From Octopus sinensis (taxonomy: Eukaryota), in the NCBI RefSeq assembly GCF_006345805.1, contig NC_043000.1, positions 50,158,001 to 50,222,000 of the forward strand: DNA of 64,000 bases. Reading direction: 5' to 3'. Position 1 is the first letter of the stretch; each line of letters starts with the position of its first letter. The position numbers and the translations under genes were made by a program. The notes below the pieces were generated by a model that was not told where the DNA came from, made no database searches, and saw nothing but the letters and a program-made list of their open reading frames with translations. Positions 1-13,132 of the stretch are shown here, piece after piece.

Positions 1-1713
1 AGTGTAATTTGAGGGTAATTAGCTGCAGTTTCTAACATGTCCAGTTACCACATTCGAGCTCTCTTTTCATTTGGCTTGTGCGTGATGACTTATCTCAAGT
101 TGGTGGTTTGACTGAAGCAATAAGCCGATAAACCAATAAAAATATTGGCTAATGATGAAAGTAGCAAAACATGATTATGATGATGGAGATAGATTAGATC
201 TCAGAGAAATTTAGGCTTGGGAGTGGGGAAGAAGAGGTGTGAGAGAAACTGTTTGTGAGAGGCTGTTCTGTAGACTTATTCAATAAACAGCAGCACATAA
301 AACAAATATTAAACTAATAATGATGCTAACAGTAATGTATAGTGAATAATTGATATTTTTGTGGGATTGACTAGCAGATAATTAGTATACTGAAAGGGTT
401 AAGGAGAAAGCTTAACTATGTCAAATACTGGGGTCTTTGTGATAAAATTCCTGCATTTATAAAATGAAATTATAAAACTAGATACAAAGGATCATAAACA
501 AGAAAGAAACAAATTTGAAATCTAATTTAATTAAAATGATGTTGGTTTTTCCATGGAAAAAGGAATTCATTCTAATTTAGTTTTACTAATTAAAGTTAAA
601 AACGTTAGTTAGGACGATGATGATGATGATTATGATGATGATGAAGAACGATGATGGTGATTACAATGATGGTGAAGAACGATGATGAGGAGAATGATGA
701 TGATGATGAAGAATGATGATGATGATAATGAAGATGATGATGATGATGATGATGATGACAATGGTGGTGTCATGACATGGAATTCTAAGTAATTGTCGTT
801 GTGCAAACATATATAGAAGGCACCAACAGTGATAATTACATTAAGGCAGAATATTTCAGTTAAGTTATTAAGTTTCCTTTCATTACTGTTGGAATTAACA
901 AAAGCAAAAATTAAATAAAATGATGGAAAAAAAAAAACCTCACAACCAATCCATAAAACAAAAGAGAAAATATCAGTTTTGTTATTAGAAAATAGCCCAT
1001 TGACAAACATGGCCTTCTACTGATGAAAAGCGAAAGGGAGAAAAACATATATCTTGAAGATAAAAAAACAAAAAGTATTTTATTCTCACTCTCAACAAGA
1101 AATTAGATGAAAGTTTATTTTTGTTTATTTATTTATATATTTGATTTTTATATGTTTTAGGAAATGTACAAGACAATGGCTTGTTGTCACCACTGCTCTA
1201 CATTTCATGGATATGTATTATTTTTAATGAAATAAAGCATGTAGACTGTAGTTAATTTAGATGTGAAAGCATTTGGTAAGAAAGGAATGTCTTTTTGTTT
1301 TTTGGGGTTTTTTTTAATACAAACTTTAGACAATATACAATTCGAAATCAAAGAGCATTTTGCTTTTAATTATCAAAACGGAAACATTAAAAGAAAAGTA
1401 ATAAAAATTCTACCTTACATTTTTAACTATTTGAACAATACAATTTATTTAGCACAACTCATAATGTAATAATATATGTGTGTTATGTGCATACAAGTTA
1501 TATGCATTTTAGCATAATGTAGACAGTGAGAGAGGAGTGGGGACTCAATATATGGAATAAAGTTTACTTATTCTATTTAAATAAAAGCTTTATTCTATTT
1601 TCACTCCAGGGTTCATGTATCATGTTCGTTAGGTAAACCTCTCTCATTGTTTCATTTCTAATAAAAAAAAAAGGTTTAATACTTGAATTAGCAGCATTAA
1701 CAGTGAAGCTTAT

Positions 1714-1745
<32 letters not shown>

Positions 1746-1827
1746 TGTTAATAATTAATCTGCTAAGTACCAATGCACAAAATTCTCAACGCTTCAGTAC
1801 TCTGGTACTTTTATGTTAATAATAATA

Positions 1828-1860
<33 letters not shown>

Positions 1861-2051
1861 GGGGGAGTTTACGAAAAAAACAAAAGACAGACAGGTGGTG
1901 TACAAAACAAACAGAAGTATTAGTATAACGCTCAGAAATAGAAAAAGTCTTTTACGTTTCGAGCCTATGCTCTTCTACAGAAAGGGACACAGAAAAAAAC
2001 AAGGAGAGAAAAAAATGTGTGTAGTGGCTAACGATCTATCATGGCGACATA

Positions 2052-2054
<3 letters not shown>
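1861..2054 (-). mobile_element. (TA)n-flanked non-autonomous element, Penelope-like terminal-repeat type (family C)
   Basis: Complex ~190-bp sequence between two (TA)n tracts. Related copies at 26333-26425 and 37074-37255. Carries an HHR-like motif on the minus strand. Confidence 0.6.
1947..1988 (-). ncRNA. Minimal type I hammerhead-like motif (variant core)
   Basis: Minus strand reads GTCCCTTT-CTGTAGA-A-GAGC(ATAG)GCTC-GAAAC-GTA-AAAGAC. Helix II is GAGC/GCTC, helix III is the palindrome ACGT, helix I is CTTT/AAAG. A6 is replaced by U and there is an extra A after A9. Confidence 0.5.
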
Positions 2055-2102
<48 letters not shown>

Positions 2103-2105
<3 letters not shown>

Positions 2106-2266
2106 CACAGGAGTGGCTGTGTGGTAAGTAGCTTGCTTACCAACCACACAGTTTTGGATTCAGTGCCACGCAGTGGCACCTTGGGAAAGTGTCTTCTACT
2201 ATAGCCTCAGGCCAACCAAAGCCTTGTGAGTGGATTTGGTAGATGGAAACTGAAAGAAGCCCGTCG

Positions 2267-2297
<31 letters not shown>

Positions 2298-2504
2298 ATA
2301 TGTTTCTGTGTCTGTGTTTGTCCCCCCCAGCATCGATTGACAACTGATGGTGGTGTTTTTACATCCCCATAACTTAGCAGTTTGGCAAAAAAGACTGATA
2401 GAATAAGTACTAGGCTTACAAAGAATAAGTCCTGGGGCCGATTTGCTCAACTAAAGATGGAGCTCCAACATGTCCACAGCCAAATGACTGAAACAAGTAA
2501 AAGA
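2103..2504 (+). mobile_element. tRNA-derived SINE, family A
   Basis: Head GGAGTGGCTGTGTGGTAAG...GGATTCAGTGCC with A/B-box-like motifs, then CCTTGGGAAAGTGTCTT, an internal (TA)n(TG)n tract and the tail GACTGAAACAAGTAAAAGA. More than 12 copies in the window. Confidence 0.85.
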
Positions 2505-2728
2505 TATATATATTTGAAAGTCTGAATGAAAATTATTTAATACAGTTTTTAAGTATAAAAGGGATATTTTAAAAAAAATATTTTCTATCAGTCTTTTTTT
2601 AAAGAGTTATGAAATCTTTTATCAGAATGTCACTAACCTTTTTGGAAGAAGTTTGTTTCCTAGTGTGTGAGCGCTTTCAATTAATCTTTTCAAACATGCA
2701 TGCTCTTGAATAATTTATATGTACTACT

Positions 2729-2767
<39 letters not shown>

Positions 2768-3531
2768 TTGCTGAGTTAGAGGTTGAAATAACCATCTAAG
2801 GGATAGAAGTATCCATTATACTACCAGTAAATTACCTATGTTTTTATCAAATATGATAAATATTTTTAGCATATCAATGGCAATATCACATGACATTGGA
2901 AGCAGAAACAGCTGTTAGACGGGATGCAATCTATTTGTATTGAATTAATAAGTAATAATTTATGTAAGTCAATTGTTGTTCATCAATATTACTCCATTTT
3001 TCTGTTTTCTTAAAATTTTTATATATATGTCCATTACATACACACAGATGTAAATATAGAGGTATGTATAGTAAGCATTACTTTGGGTCATACCTAAAGA
3101 ATTTAGGCATCACTGCATTCATAAATTAAATGAATAAATTAAATTTACAAGACATATAAGACAGTTGTACAAGGTCTGTAATGTTTATGATACAACCACA
3201 GCATGAATAATAGTAAAAGAGGGACCGGCTTAACTGGACAATGCTGTTTCTAGTTCATTAACTTTAAACAGCAATTGACTACCCTACTTCTTAAAGCCAC
3301 TGTAAAATTGTATTTATAGCTGTTGTTCTTACACTTCTAACTAAATCTGATTGATTGATTTAAATATTAGACACACTCTTGGCAGTTTGTTTAGTTACAT
3401 AAATTGCTGATGTGCCAGCAGTACTTATTTCTCATACTAAAGATTACTTAGAGTTAGACCTAAAGATTTTAGCTTTGCTGCATTTGTAAATTAACTGAGC
3501 ATGTTTGCATGTGTGTATGTGTGTGTGTGTG

Positions 3532-3562
<31 letters not shown>

Positions 3563-3729
3563 TGTGCGCACATGTGTATGTGTGTGTAAATTACTGAGGC
3601 ATCAACAACAGTATTTTGTTTTAATGTTATGATTTTGTGAAACCTTTGGTTTTAAAGCCTTTCTGGACTACTGATTTTTGTGAACCAGGTGTGGTCACCT
3701 TGGTCAACACACTTGAAATTAAACAAATA

Positions 3730-3961
3730 TTAACCATTTTTAGCATTTAAACCAGCTGTATCTGGCCAAAATATTCTACCTATTTTATTCTCAAACTGAC
3801 AAGATCGGGCCTCTCACATCTCCCCTATGATGTCAATGAAAAAAATAAACAATCACATCATCAAAATTTCAAAACTATGAGATAATGCATGATTAATTTA
3901 AAATGAAGTGAAAAAAATATGCATTACATCTGACAGAGTAAACTGAATGCTAAAGGGTTAG
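3730..3961. mobile_element. piggyBac-type MITE, family M1
   Basis: Ends TTAACCATTTTTAGCATT ... AATGCTAAAGGGTTAG, giving TTAA-CCC-type termini. Homologous to 4215-4444 and 30697-31481. Confidence 0.7.
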
Positions 3962-4214
3962 AATTACTTAAATAATGGAATGAAATACAGGTACCTGCAC
4001 ATTAGTATAAATGGTACAAATTTATTAATGCTGTGCTGTACAAGGTAATGTAAAATAGGGCTGCCCAGTAGACTTGTCTAGCAGCTTCAGGAATTGGAGG
4101 TTCCTACTTGTAAATTAGTGTGAATTATAAAACTTTCTTGACCATCAGAGTCCAGAAAGTCAGTTTTGTATCTATATACAGTATTATTGCCTTCAACTTT
4201 CAAAAGTTTGATGC

Positions 4215-4444
4215 TAAACTATTTAGCATTCAGATTGCTCTGTCAAATTTAATGCCTATTTATGCACATTGATTTGAACCAATCATGCATTATCTTGTAA
4301 GCTTCAAGATTTTGTTGATGTGATTGTTTACTTCCAAAATGACCATTGTAGAGTAGGTGTGAGAGGCCAGATCTGTTTCATCCCAACATAAAACAGGTAG
4401 AATATGTTGGATGGATACGACTGGTTTTAATGCTAAAGTGTTAA
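4215..4444. mobile_element. piggyBac-type MITE, family M1 (inverted relative to 3730 copy)
   Basis: TTTAGCATTCAG ... AATGCTAAAGTGTTAA. Internal sequence is the reverse complement of the 3730 copy. Confidence 0.7.
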
Positions 4445-5099
4445 AGTTCATCTAATATCCAGAATACTTCTGAGATCCACAATACTTTAAATTAAACCAT
4501 AATAATCAAATTGATCAGTAACAGTGAATTAACAGACTTACTTTATTTTTATCAGATGCCAATTAATAGACTTGCCATTCTATTTCTCCATTTCAATGCA
4601 TTAAACTTGTCATACAATAATTGAGCTTAATTATTATTTTTCTCAAATAAGATTGGTTGAATGAATCAGATAATTAATATATTATAGATGCTATAATACT
4701 AACCATCTTCATTTAATCAAACCAGGATTATTAAACATGTAAGAAATATTTTCTTGTTTATAGTTTCTAATTTAGCTTTACACTGCTTAAGCAAAAATAT
4801 AGCAAATAATAGGTTTAAAATAAAATGGTCTCATTTCTGGCATTACACCATAAAAAGCAAATTTTACATTATACAAGGGTTGGGTATCAAGAGAGAATTT
4901 TTAACTTGCACATCAGTGTTGGTTATCCTTCAGATATGCAGTTTGATTTGTGGAAAGTGATCTTCCAATTTAAGTACATAAAATAGGTAGCTATTAAGTG
5001 AAACAAATTGGTAGTTGGTCAGTAATAAAATGCTTAGCGAATCACAAAGGAGTCCATAAAGTTTCTTTGCAATAACAGAAAATATACAAAATACACAGC

Positions 5100-6190
5100 T
5101 GACTTTGTAACATAATATAGAGAGAAGGCTTGAAATTTTGGGGAGGGAGTTAGTTGATTACATTAACATGAGTACTTAACTGGTATTTTATTGAACTCAA
5201 ATTGATGAAAGGTGAAGTTGACTTCAGCAGAATTTGAGCTATGAAGCCCAATGTTCTAACAATTTTCCACCATTCTAAACCATTCTAAAACCATCCTGTA
5301 TTGTAGTAATTTCAAATTTTGGGAAGCAGCTAGTCAATTACACTTGACTGGTATTTATTTATCAACCCCAAAAGGATGAATAGTAAAGTCAACCTTGTCA
5401 GAATTTGAATTCAGAACATGAAGACGGACTAAATGTCGTTAAGCTATTTGCCCACTGTGCCAGCACACCACCTTACCCTATATAATAATGACTTCCGATT
5501 TAGGTACATGACTGGGAATTTTGGGGGAAAGGGAATTTGTCAATACCATCAATCTCAGTACTTGATTGGTACTTTGTTTTATTGATCCTAAAAGGATGAA
5601 TGACGGCATAAATCCCGCCCAAGATAAATTTTGCCTTTCATCCTTTTGTGTGGTTAATAAAATAAAGTACCAGTTGAGCACTGGGGTTGATGTAATCAAC
5701 TATCCCACTCCTTTAAGATTGCTGGTCTTGAGTCTGAATCAGAAACGATAAGAGTAATTCTTCCAAATTTTGGTTGAAGACCAGCAATGTTATGAGGAGG
5801 GGCTAGTCAATTGCATTGACCCCAGTACTCAACAGCTACTTAACTTTATCAACTCTGAGAGGATGTGAGACAAAGATGACCTTGGCAGAATTTGAACTCA
5901 GAACATAAAGAGAGACAAAATGCCACTAAGCATTTTTCTCGATATGCTAACAAGTCTGCCAGCTCACCACCTTAATAAAAATAATAATGGTTTCAAATTT
6001 TGGCACAAATTCAGCAAGTTCAAGGAGGAGGTACACTTGATTACATCAATCCCAGTATTCAACTGGTAGTTATTTTATTGACCAAAAAAAAGGATGGCAA
6101 TTAAAGTCAATCTCAGCGGAATTTGAACTCAGAATGTACAGGCAGATGAAATACAGCTAAGCATTTTGCCCAGCTTACCACCTTAATAAA
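5100..6190. mobile_element. Cluster of about six family-B SINE fragments (mostly minus strand)
   Basis: Repeated CCCCAGTACTCAACTGGTAC...AGGATGAAAGGCAAAGTCAACCT...AATTTGAACTCAGAAC blocks separated by short TAA/AT-rich linkers. Confidence 0.8.
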
Positions 6191-6879
6191 TAATAGGGAA
6201 TACTGTGCATGAACTAAAAAAATAAACTAATTCTTTATTATTTTTTTTTACTACTTTCAACCAATTACTTTGTGACTAATGCTATTGGACACTGGCTTTA
6301 TGGGTGTATCCAGACATTGGGGAAGCTTTTAATGTCAGAAAGCCACATGGATATTAACTATCATCTGACAAGGCTGCACTTCAAAAAAAATTTTTTTAAA
6401 TGACAGTGAACCAAATATTTCATAAAACATAATTATTCATAAAAACTCAAACAAGAACTTAAAAAGAAGGTGGAGTTTTGGAATAAGCACACCCCATCGT
6501 TATAATTTTTTTTTTCAAAAATTTCTGTTTTAAATGCAATTGTAATTACTTCAAACAAGTAATTACAAGTTGAACAAGTAATTACAAGTATAGTTAACTA
6601 AAAAGAATAATAAAATAGATGTTTCTAAAATTTGCAATTCGATAAAAAGATAGGCTTTAAACTAAAATTAAAGCTACAAATGCAATACTCCAGTCTATTG
6701 ATTTTTCCCTTTCACATTATACTCTTTATAAGAAGGCATTAAGGCCACAGATTCTCTACATTAAGAATAGTCAATTATGAACCCCAGTTCTTAACTGTTA
6801 TGTTATTTTGTACATGTAAGAAGGATGAAAGCAAAGGGTCATCCTAAGAATTTTGTCATAAATTCATGTAAAATGTGAC

Positions 6880-7225
6880 ATGACCAAGTGGTTAAGGAAC
6901 TTACTTCCCAACCTTCGTCTTGGGTTCAGTCCCACTGTGTGGCACTTAGGCAGGTGTCTTTTACTGTAGCCCCAGGCTGACCAAAACTTTGTGAGTGGAT
7001 TTGGAAGCTGAAAACTTGTATATATTTATTTATTTGTGTATGAAGGTGGGGTGTCACTAGCACTTGGCAATTTGTGTTGGTTTGCTTATATCCCTGCAAC
7101 TTAGTGGTTCAGTAAAGAGTCTGATAGAATAAATATCAGGCTTAAAGAATAATAAAAAAATGTCCAGGGGTTTATTTGTTTGACAAAAACCTTTCAAGGT
7201 GCTGCATCAGCAAGGCCACAGTCAA
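6880..7225 (+). mobile_element. SINE family A, degraded
   Basis: GGGTTCAGTCCCACTGTGTGGCAC head through to the GACTGAAACAAGT tail. Confidence 0.75.
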
Positions 7226-9393
7226 ATGACTGAAACAAGTAAACGACCAACTTGGGTATCTTTTAATGCAGATTGAGTGTTATTAACCCAATTCCTGAAT
7301 GCAGGTTAAAATAATAGTCACAGAAATACCACAATAAATCACTGATTTAATGTGATTTAATGGGGTTTTTTGTTGAATAAAATGTGATTTTTTTATTCAC
7401 AGTCTAATGGCATTATATAAATTGTGTTGTCATTATGTACAAGTCATAATTGTCAGTTAATATATGACTGAAAATATTTGTTTAATTACTGTAACTATTA
7501 TTTGTGGCATTTAAACGAATTGAAACATTTTTTATGTGAATTTTTCCCCTCAGCTAAAATTTGTATTTTTATCAGGAATTTTATTTTCGTTTATCTAATT
7601 CCCCTGTCCAAAATTTTTTTTTTGCCTTTTTTTATTTTGATATTTATGCCGACATTCAACAGTCCATTGCAAAGCATGTTTGTCTGTTTGACCTTGGCTA
7701 TAAAAGAGACTCGCTGCTATAACAGAAAAAGACCGAATAAAACACAAGAACAAACAAACAATCCCCCGACTTACATAATTACAAGAGCGAATTAATAGTT
7801 ATAGCCAGTGACTTTCCCAAATAGCATAATAAAGATTAAAACCGCAGGGAAAGTAAAAATGCACAAAGAAGAGAATTGAGATGATTAGAATAACAATAGT
7901 GAGCTGCTACAGCATCAATAACGATACTGCTGTTACTAACGACACTAGCATAATGGTAACTGTAGATTTAAGTGTGTCAAAAGTGGTCTTTAACACTGAC
8001 GTTTTATCACCATGGTTGATGTTTTTATAATTCCATTTGATCAAATGTTGGATTAGCCAGTATACTTAAGATTCGTTCATTTAATGGCATATCCAATCCA
8101 AAGGTATTGCTAGCCATAACCACCACTAAAGGAGATAAATAGGTATTTGTAAATCAGTGGGAATTAACTAATCTGTCAACATCAGTTGACAAACAACAGG
8201 TAAACAAAGCTATAAGTGCATTTGCAATAAAGATGGAGGGTGGGGAGAAATTGTGGTGAGAGATATAGGAGGAGGAGAATGTAGGGGGATAGGAAAGAGA
8301 TGAGAAGTAAAAGAAAGAGGAAAGAGAATAAGAGAGAGAGAGAGAGAGAGAGAGTGGCGAGACAAGAGAAAGAGGGGGAGAGAAGGTAGAGTGAAAGAAA
8401 GCAGAAAAATAATGTAGTCCGAAGGAGGGAGGAAATGTAGTGAGGAGGGGAAATGCAAAATGAAAGAAAGGAGAAAGAGAATGTAGAGAGAGAGAGAGAG
8501 GGGGTGAGAATGTTGAGTGAAAGAGGAGGAAAGAAATGTAGAGTGAGAGAGGAAGAAGGAAATCTAGAATGAGAGAAGAAGAAGGAAATGCAGAGCAAGA
8601 GAGAGGGGGAAGAGAATGGAGAACAGGAAAGACACACACACACAGTGAGAAAGAGAGAGAGAGATAGTGAGAGCAAGGGGTAGAAAATAAAGAAGGTTCA
8701 AATAAAATTTTTCAGTAATTTAATCATATTGAACTTTAAAAGACAAAATAAAAATAATAATAATGATAATAATGATAATAAGGATAATAATGATGATAAT
8801 AATAATAATAATGCCAACACTACAAATATTTTATTTCTAGAGTAGGTTATTTTTCATTTTCTTGGTTTTAATTAAACTATTTAATAAAATTAAAAGTACA
8901 TTTTTACTCGTCAGAAATTTTGTTTTCAAAAGCTAAAGGCTATTTGCTTTATCAGTCATTTTATAGTCTGAACAACCATTTTATCACTTAGTTTATGTAT
9001 TTATACATATTTATATATTTTTTTTGTCAAATTGTGTCATATTTATTTACACTTTCCCCACATAATTTTTTTTATTCTTGTTATAGTTTTATTTTACGTC
9101 TTAAGCTTGTAAAACAAAATTACTAAATATATATATATATATACGATTTGCAAAGAAAATAGATTTTTACTTATTTATTTGGTTTAGCTGTAAAAGATGA
9201 AATGCTATTTAGTTTTGGTTAATTATGGAAGCTTTTCCAGTTACTGTCAAAGAAGAAAAAAAAGCAAGAAGCTTTTAAAAATTATTACAGCGAAAGATAC
9301 CATAAAACTCTTTGTTTATGGCCAGACATGACAAATACCTACATAAATATTTCAGTACTGTAATAGATGGACATTATATATATACATACATAT

Positions 9394-9424
<31 letters not shown>

Positions 9425-9924
9425 TAATATATATATATATGTATGTATATATGTATATATATATATATGTATGTATGTATGTATATATATATATATATGT
9501 ATGTATGTATGTATATGTATATATATATATATATGTATGTATGTATGTATATGTATATATATATATATATATGTCTGTCTGTATGTGAATGAAACAGGTG
9601 CAAAACTGCTTTCAATAGAAGGAAATGGTCATGAGCATTAATGCCTATAACCTATCAAACAGCTCAGCACATACAACGGACACTGTAACTACAGCAGAAT
9701 TATTGATTAGCATCTTCTTAATTGAAAATTACAGCTTTTTTTTATCATTATTATTTAAGCATACTTCCCCATCAGCTTATAAATATTTCTGTTTGTACTA
9801 ATGCTCGCCAAGGGAACCTTTGCATGACTGCTCAACTTGCTAGAAGTAGCAGCTAAATTTCCTTCAAATAGCCACATAAACTTGGTTGGAAATTAAAAAG
9901 AAGCTTTCAATAATGTAATCCCAG

Positions 9925-10205
9925 ATAGGTGCAGACATGACTGTGCAGTAAGAAGTTTGCTTCACAACCATATGGTTTGGGGTTCAGTCCCACTGCATGG
10001 CACCCTGGGCAGGTGCCTTCTACTCTAGCCTCAAGCCAATCAAACCTTTGTAAATGGATTTGGTAGACAGAAACTGAAGTAGCCTATCGTATATATGTAT
10101 GTATATGATATGTCACCACTACTTGACAACCTGTGTTGGTTTGTTTATGCCCCCATAACTTAACAGTGTCTCAGCATGGTCACAGTTTAATGACTGAAAC
10201 AAGTG
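9925..10205 (+). mobile_element. SINE family A with internal deletion
   Basis: Head GGTTCAGTCCCACTGCATGGCACC and tail TGACTGAAACAAGT. Confidence 0.75.
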
Positions 10206-11068
10206 ACTGATGAAAGCCCTAAAAAAAAAAAGGCAATAAGGTCACAAACTGAAATCCCTATGATTATAAATGTATTTGCTCGGTCCAGGCTGAACTGAGA
10301 AGACACAACCAGTATCAATACTTCCTTCTATGTTTATCATCACTATTTACCAATTTCTTTTGTTTTGTTTTTAACTGTTTTACAACCATTTTTTCTTTGT
10401 TACTTAAGTGGGATGGTACTGTGCTGTATTAAGCTAACCAACTCATCAGCGAAATAGGAGTAGAACCTGTCTTTTTTGGATTTGTTGGGACCAGGGCCAA
10501 GCCTGACTAAACAATGATTGAAAGCTTACTTTTACCCTTCAGAACCTTCCTTTATTAACATAAAAACATTTAAAACATCTTTGAATACTGATCAAAATGC
10601 TTAAAGTGTTTATGTTGATGACCCAGTTTCAACTTTAATGCAGATTTAAGGATATTAGATTCTGTAAGACAAATAAATATTTGTTTTGAATGAACAATAA
10701 TAATTCAACACTCTTTTGATATTAGTAGATGATATCATTCAGCCACATAGCATTTCCCTCATGACAGATAAGTTATGTACTAATACCAAAAGATTGCCAG
10801 TAATTCAACTATAGGCAAAGTGCATTGAAATTTTAGGGAGGGTGGGAGCCAGTCACATGCTCATACCTGACTGAATAAATACTATTCAATTAAAAAAATC
10901 CTTCAAGCCATGTCCCAAAATGGCCGCAAAATAAGTATTATCAGGGTATTTGTAATTAAAGGCATATAATAAAATGCTAAGTGAAAGCCAAAATGGATAG
11001 AGTTTCTGTTACATTAAACAGATAAGTGACAATTCTGCTGAGGAAAGAATACTAATGCTAAAGATATT

Positions 11069-11281
11069 CTTTTCTTTTTAACTCTAGGCACAAGGCCAAA
11101 ATTTTTGGGGAGGGGGCCAGTTGATTTGATCAACCCCAGTATGCATCTGGTACTTAATTTATCAACCCTGAAAGGATGAATGGTAGAGTTAACCTTGGCG
11201 GAATTTGAACTCAGAACATAAAGACAAAGTACTGCTAAGCTCTTAGCCCAGCATGCTAACATTTCTGCCAGCTCAGAACCT
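11069..11281 (-). mobile_element. SINE family B with 16-bp target-site duplication
   Basis: Flanked by TAATGCTAAAGATATT (11053-11068) and TAATGCTGAAGATATT (11282-11297). Confidence 0.8.
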
Positions 11282-12077
11282 TAATGCTGAAGATATTGTA
11301 GCAAAATGGACCAGAACTAGATCAAGTATGATGTCACCAAGTATCTTTTACAACAATGGGCAGTACGATAAAAGAGTCCAAGAGGAAAAATCACAGGGAA
11401 ATATCAATGAATAATTAATTTAATGTGTTTTAAATTTTGTTTTTCAGTGTTTTATTTAAGACCTAGTTAAATTGTAATATGTGTTTAGCTGGAAGGTTAA
11501 ATACAAATTCAGGCCCTCTTAATACAAATTCATACTTCTCATGAGTTACATATAAAACAATGGAAATAACAAGCTTTCGATTAACAGCAACACTTTATTC
11601 TTCAGCCAAATAAAATTATACAGCGAGCCAGATTAATACACCATGAAGAAATGTGGACTGTTTATGTACATATTTCAAAACTTGAAATACTGAATAAGAA
11701 ATACGTGGTGGAGGAATCCTGCCTAAACCATGTTATTATATAAATTGTTGTCATTGTGTATATTCATTTACTGTCAACTAATAAGCTACTTAAATTACTA
11801 CTTTAATTACTATTATTTGTGGTATTTAGATAAAATATAACATCTTTTTCAAGAATTTAAAAAAAAAAAAAAGCATTTTTTTCTACAACTTTATTTCTGT
11901 CTACCCAATTATCAAGATAGGTTTTTTAATAGTTTATGGTGATATATTGACAGCTAAGAAGCATGATGTTAAATTATATTTTATAAAAATTATGCTTATC
12001 TTTTCTGCATTCATCATATGTGTAAAGAAAAATTAGTCTAAAATGAAATAGCACAACAGCTGATTGGCAAATATATT

Positions 12078-13132
12078 TAAAACCAATAAATTGGTAAGAG
12101 AAATGAGTATATTAAATAGATGTTTCAAATGACATTTGCATAGTACATGGCATTTATCAGATTAGAAACATACGAAATACACATTAAATACTAACCAAAT
12201 ATGAGTTTCTCATTTATTTAATAATTTCTATATTGGTTTCGAACTTTAGCAGAAGACTGGCAATTTCAGAGTTTTAAGTTGCTTACATTGAGCCCAGTGT
12301 TCAACTGGTACTTATTTTATCAATCCTGAGAGGATGAAAGGCAAAGTCGACCTCAGGATAATTTGAACTCCAATAACCTTAATATTTAAAGGTTAATGAG
12401 GGCAACAAGATGGAAGAATCATTAGCATGCTGGGCAAAATGTTTAGTGGCATTTCATCTTTCAGGTTTGATAAAAGACAAAGTCAACTGCAGCAGAATTT
12501 GAACTTGGAGTGTAAAGGCAAACAAAATGCCAATAACCATTTTGCCAAGCATGCTAATGATTCTTCCAGCTTGTTGCCCTCATTAAACTTTAAATAGTAA
12601 GATTATCTGAGTTCAAATTCTCTTGAGGTCGACTTTGCCTTTCATCCTCTCAGGATCAATAAAATAAGTACCAGTTGAGCACTAGGTTAAATGTAAGCGA
12701 CTTAACCCCTCCTCTGAAACTGCCAGCCTTGTGCCAAAGTTTGAAACCAATATAAAAATTATTAAATAAATGAGAAGCTCATATTTGGATAGTATAGTAT
12801 AAATTACATATTTAACCCTTTCATTACTGTATTTATTTTGAGATGCCCTATGTTTTTTTCAATTACTTTAAATATAACAAAGAATTTAGTAAAATAACTT
12901 AGTTATCATTCAACTAGTGTTTAGCACATAGATTGTCACTAAGGTTTGGTGGAAGATTTTAATTCAAACTTTATGAAAGCAAGAGCTAGAGCTGGTTTTA
13001 GCTGGGCTTATAACAAAAGGGTTAATGTATATTTCATATGTTTCTAATTTGATAAATGCCATGTACTATGCAAATGTCATTTGAGACATCTATTTAATAT
13101 ACTAATTTCTCTTTCCAATTTATTGGTTTTTA
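12078..13132. repeat. Segmental inverted duplication (fold-back), arms about 400 bp
   Basis: 12078-12450 is the reverse complement of 12525-13132 apart from a MITE insertion. The match covers non-SINE sequence and the SINE-flank junctions. Confidence 0.85.
12812..13025. mobile_element. piggyBac-type MITE, family M2
   Basis: TTAACCCTTT...AAAGGGTTAA. The matching empty site in the other arm has a single TTAA (12184-12187). Reverse-complement copy at 52385-52612. Confidence 0.85.

Noticed and set aside
2103-2175. tRNA-like heads (also 13700, 41364, 48070, 49320) as tRNA genes
   Set aside because: They have A/B boxes but no complete cloverleaf, and they continue into SINE bodies.
2905-2916. GAAAC-AGCT-GTT palindromic helix III-like motif
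   Set aside because: No CUGANGA with a matching helix I found upstream, so at most a remnant.
11575-11610. Minus-strand CTGAAGA...CGAAAGCTT hammerhead-like string
   Set aside because: Helix I does not pair and helix II is poor.
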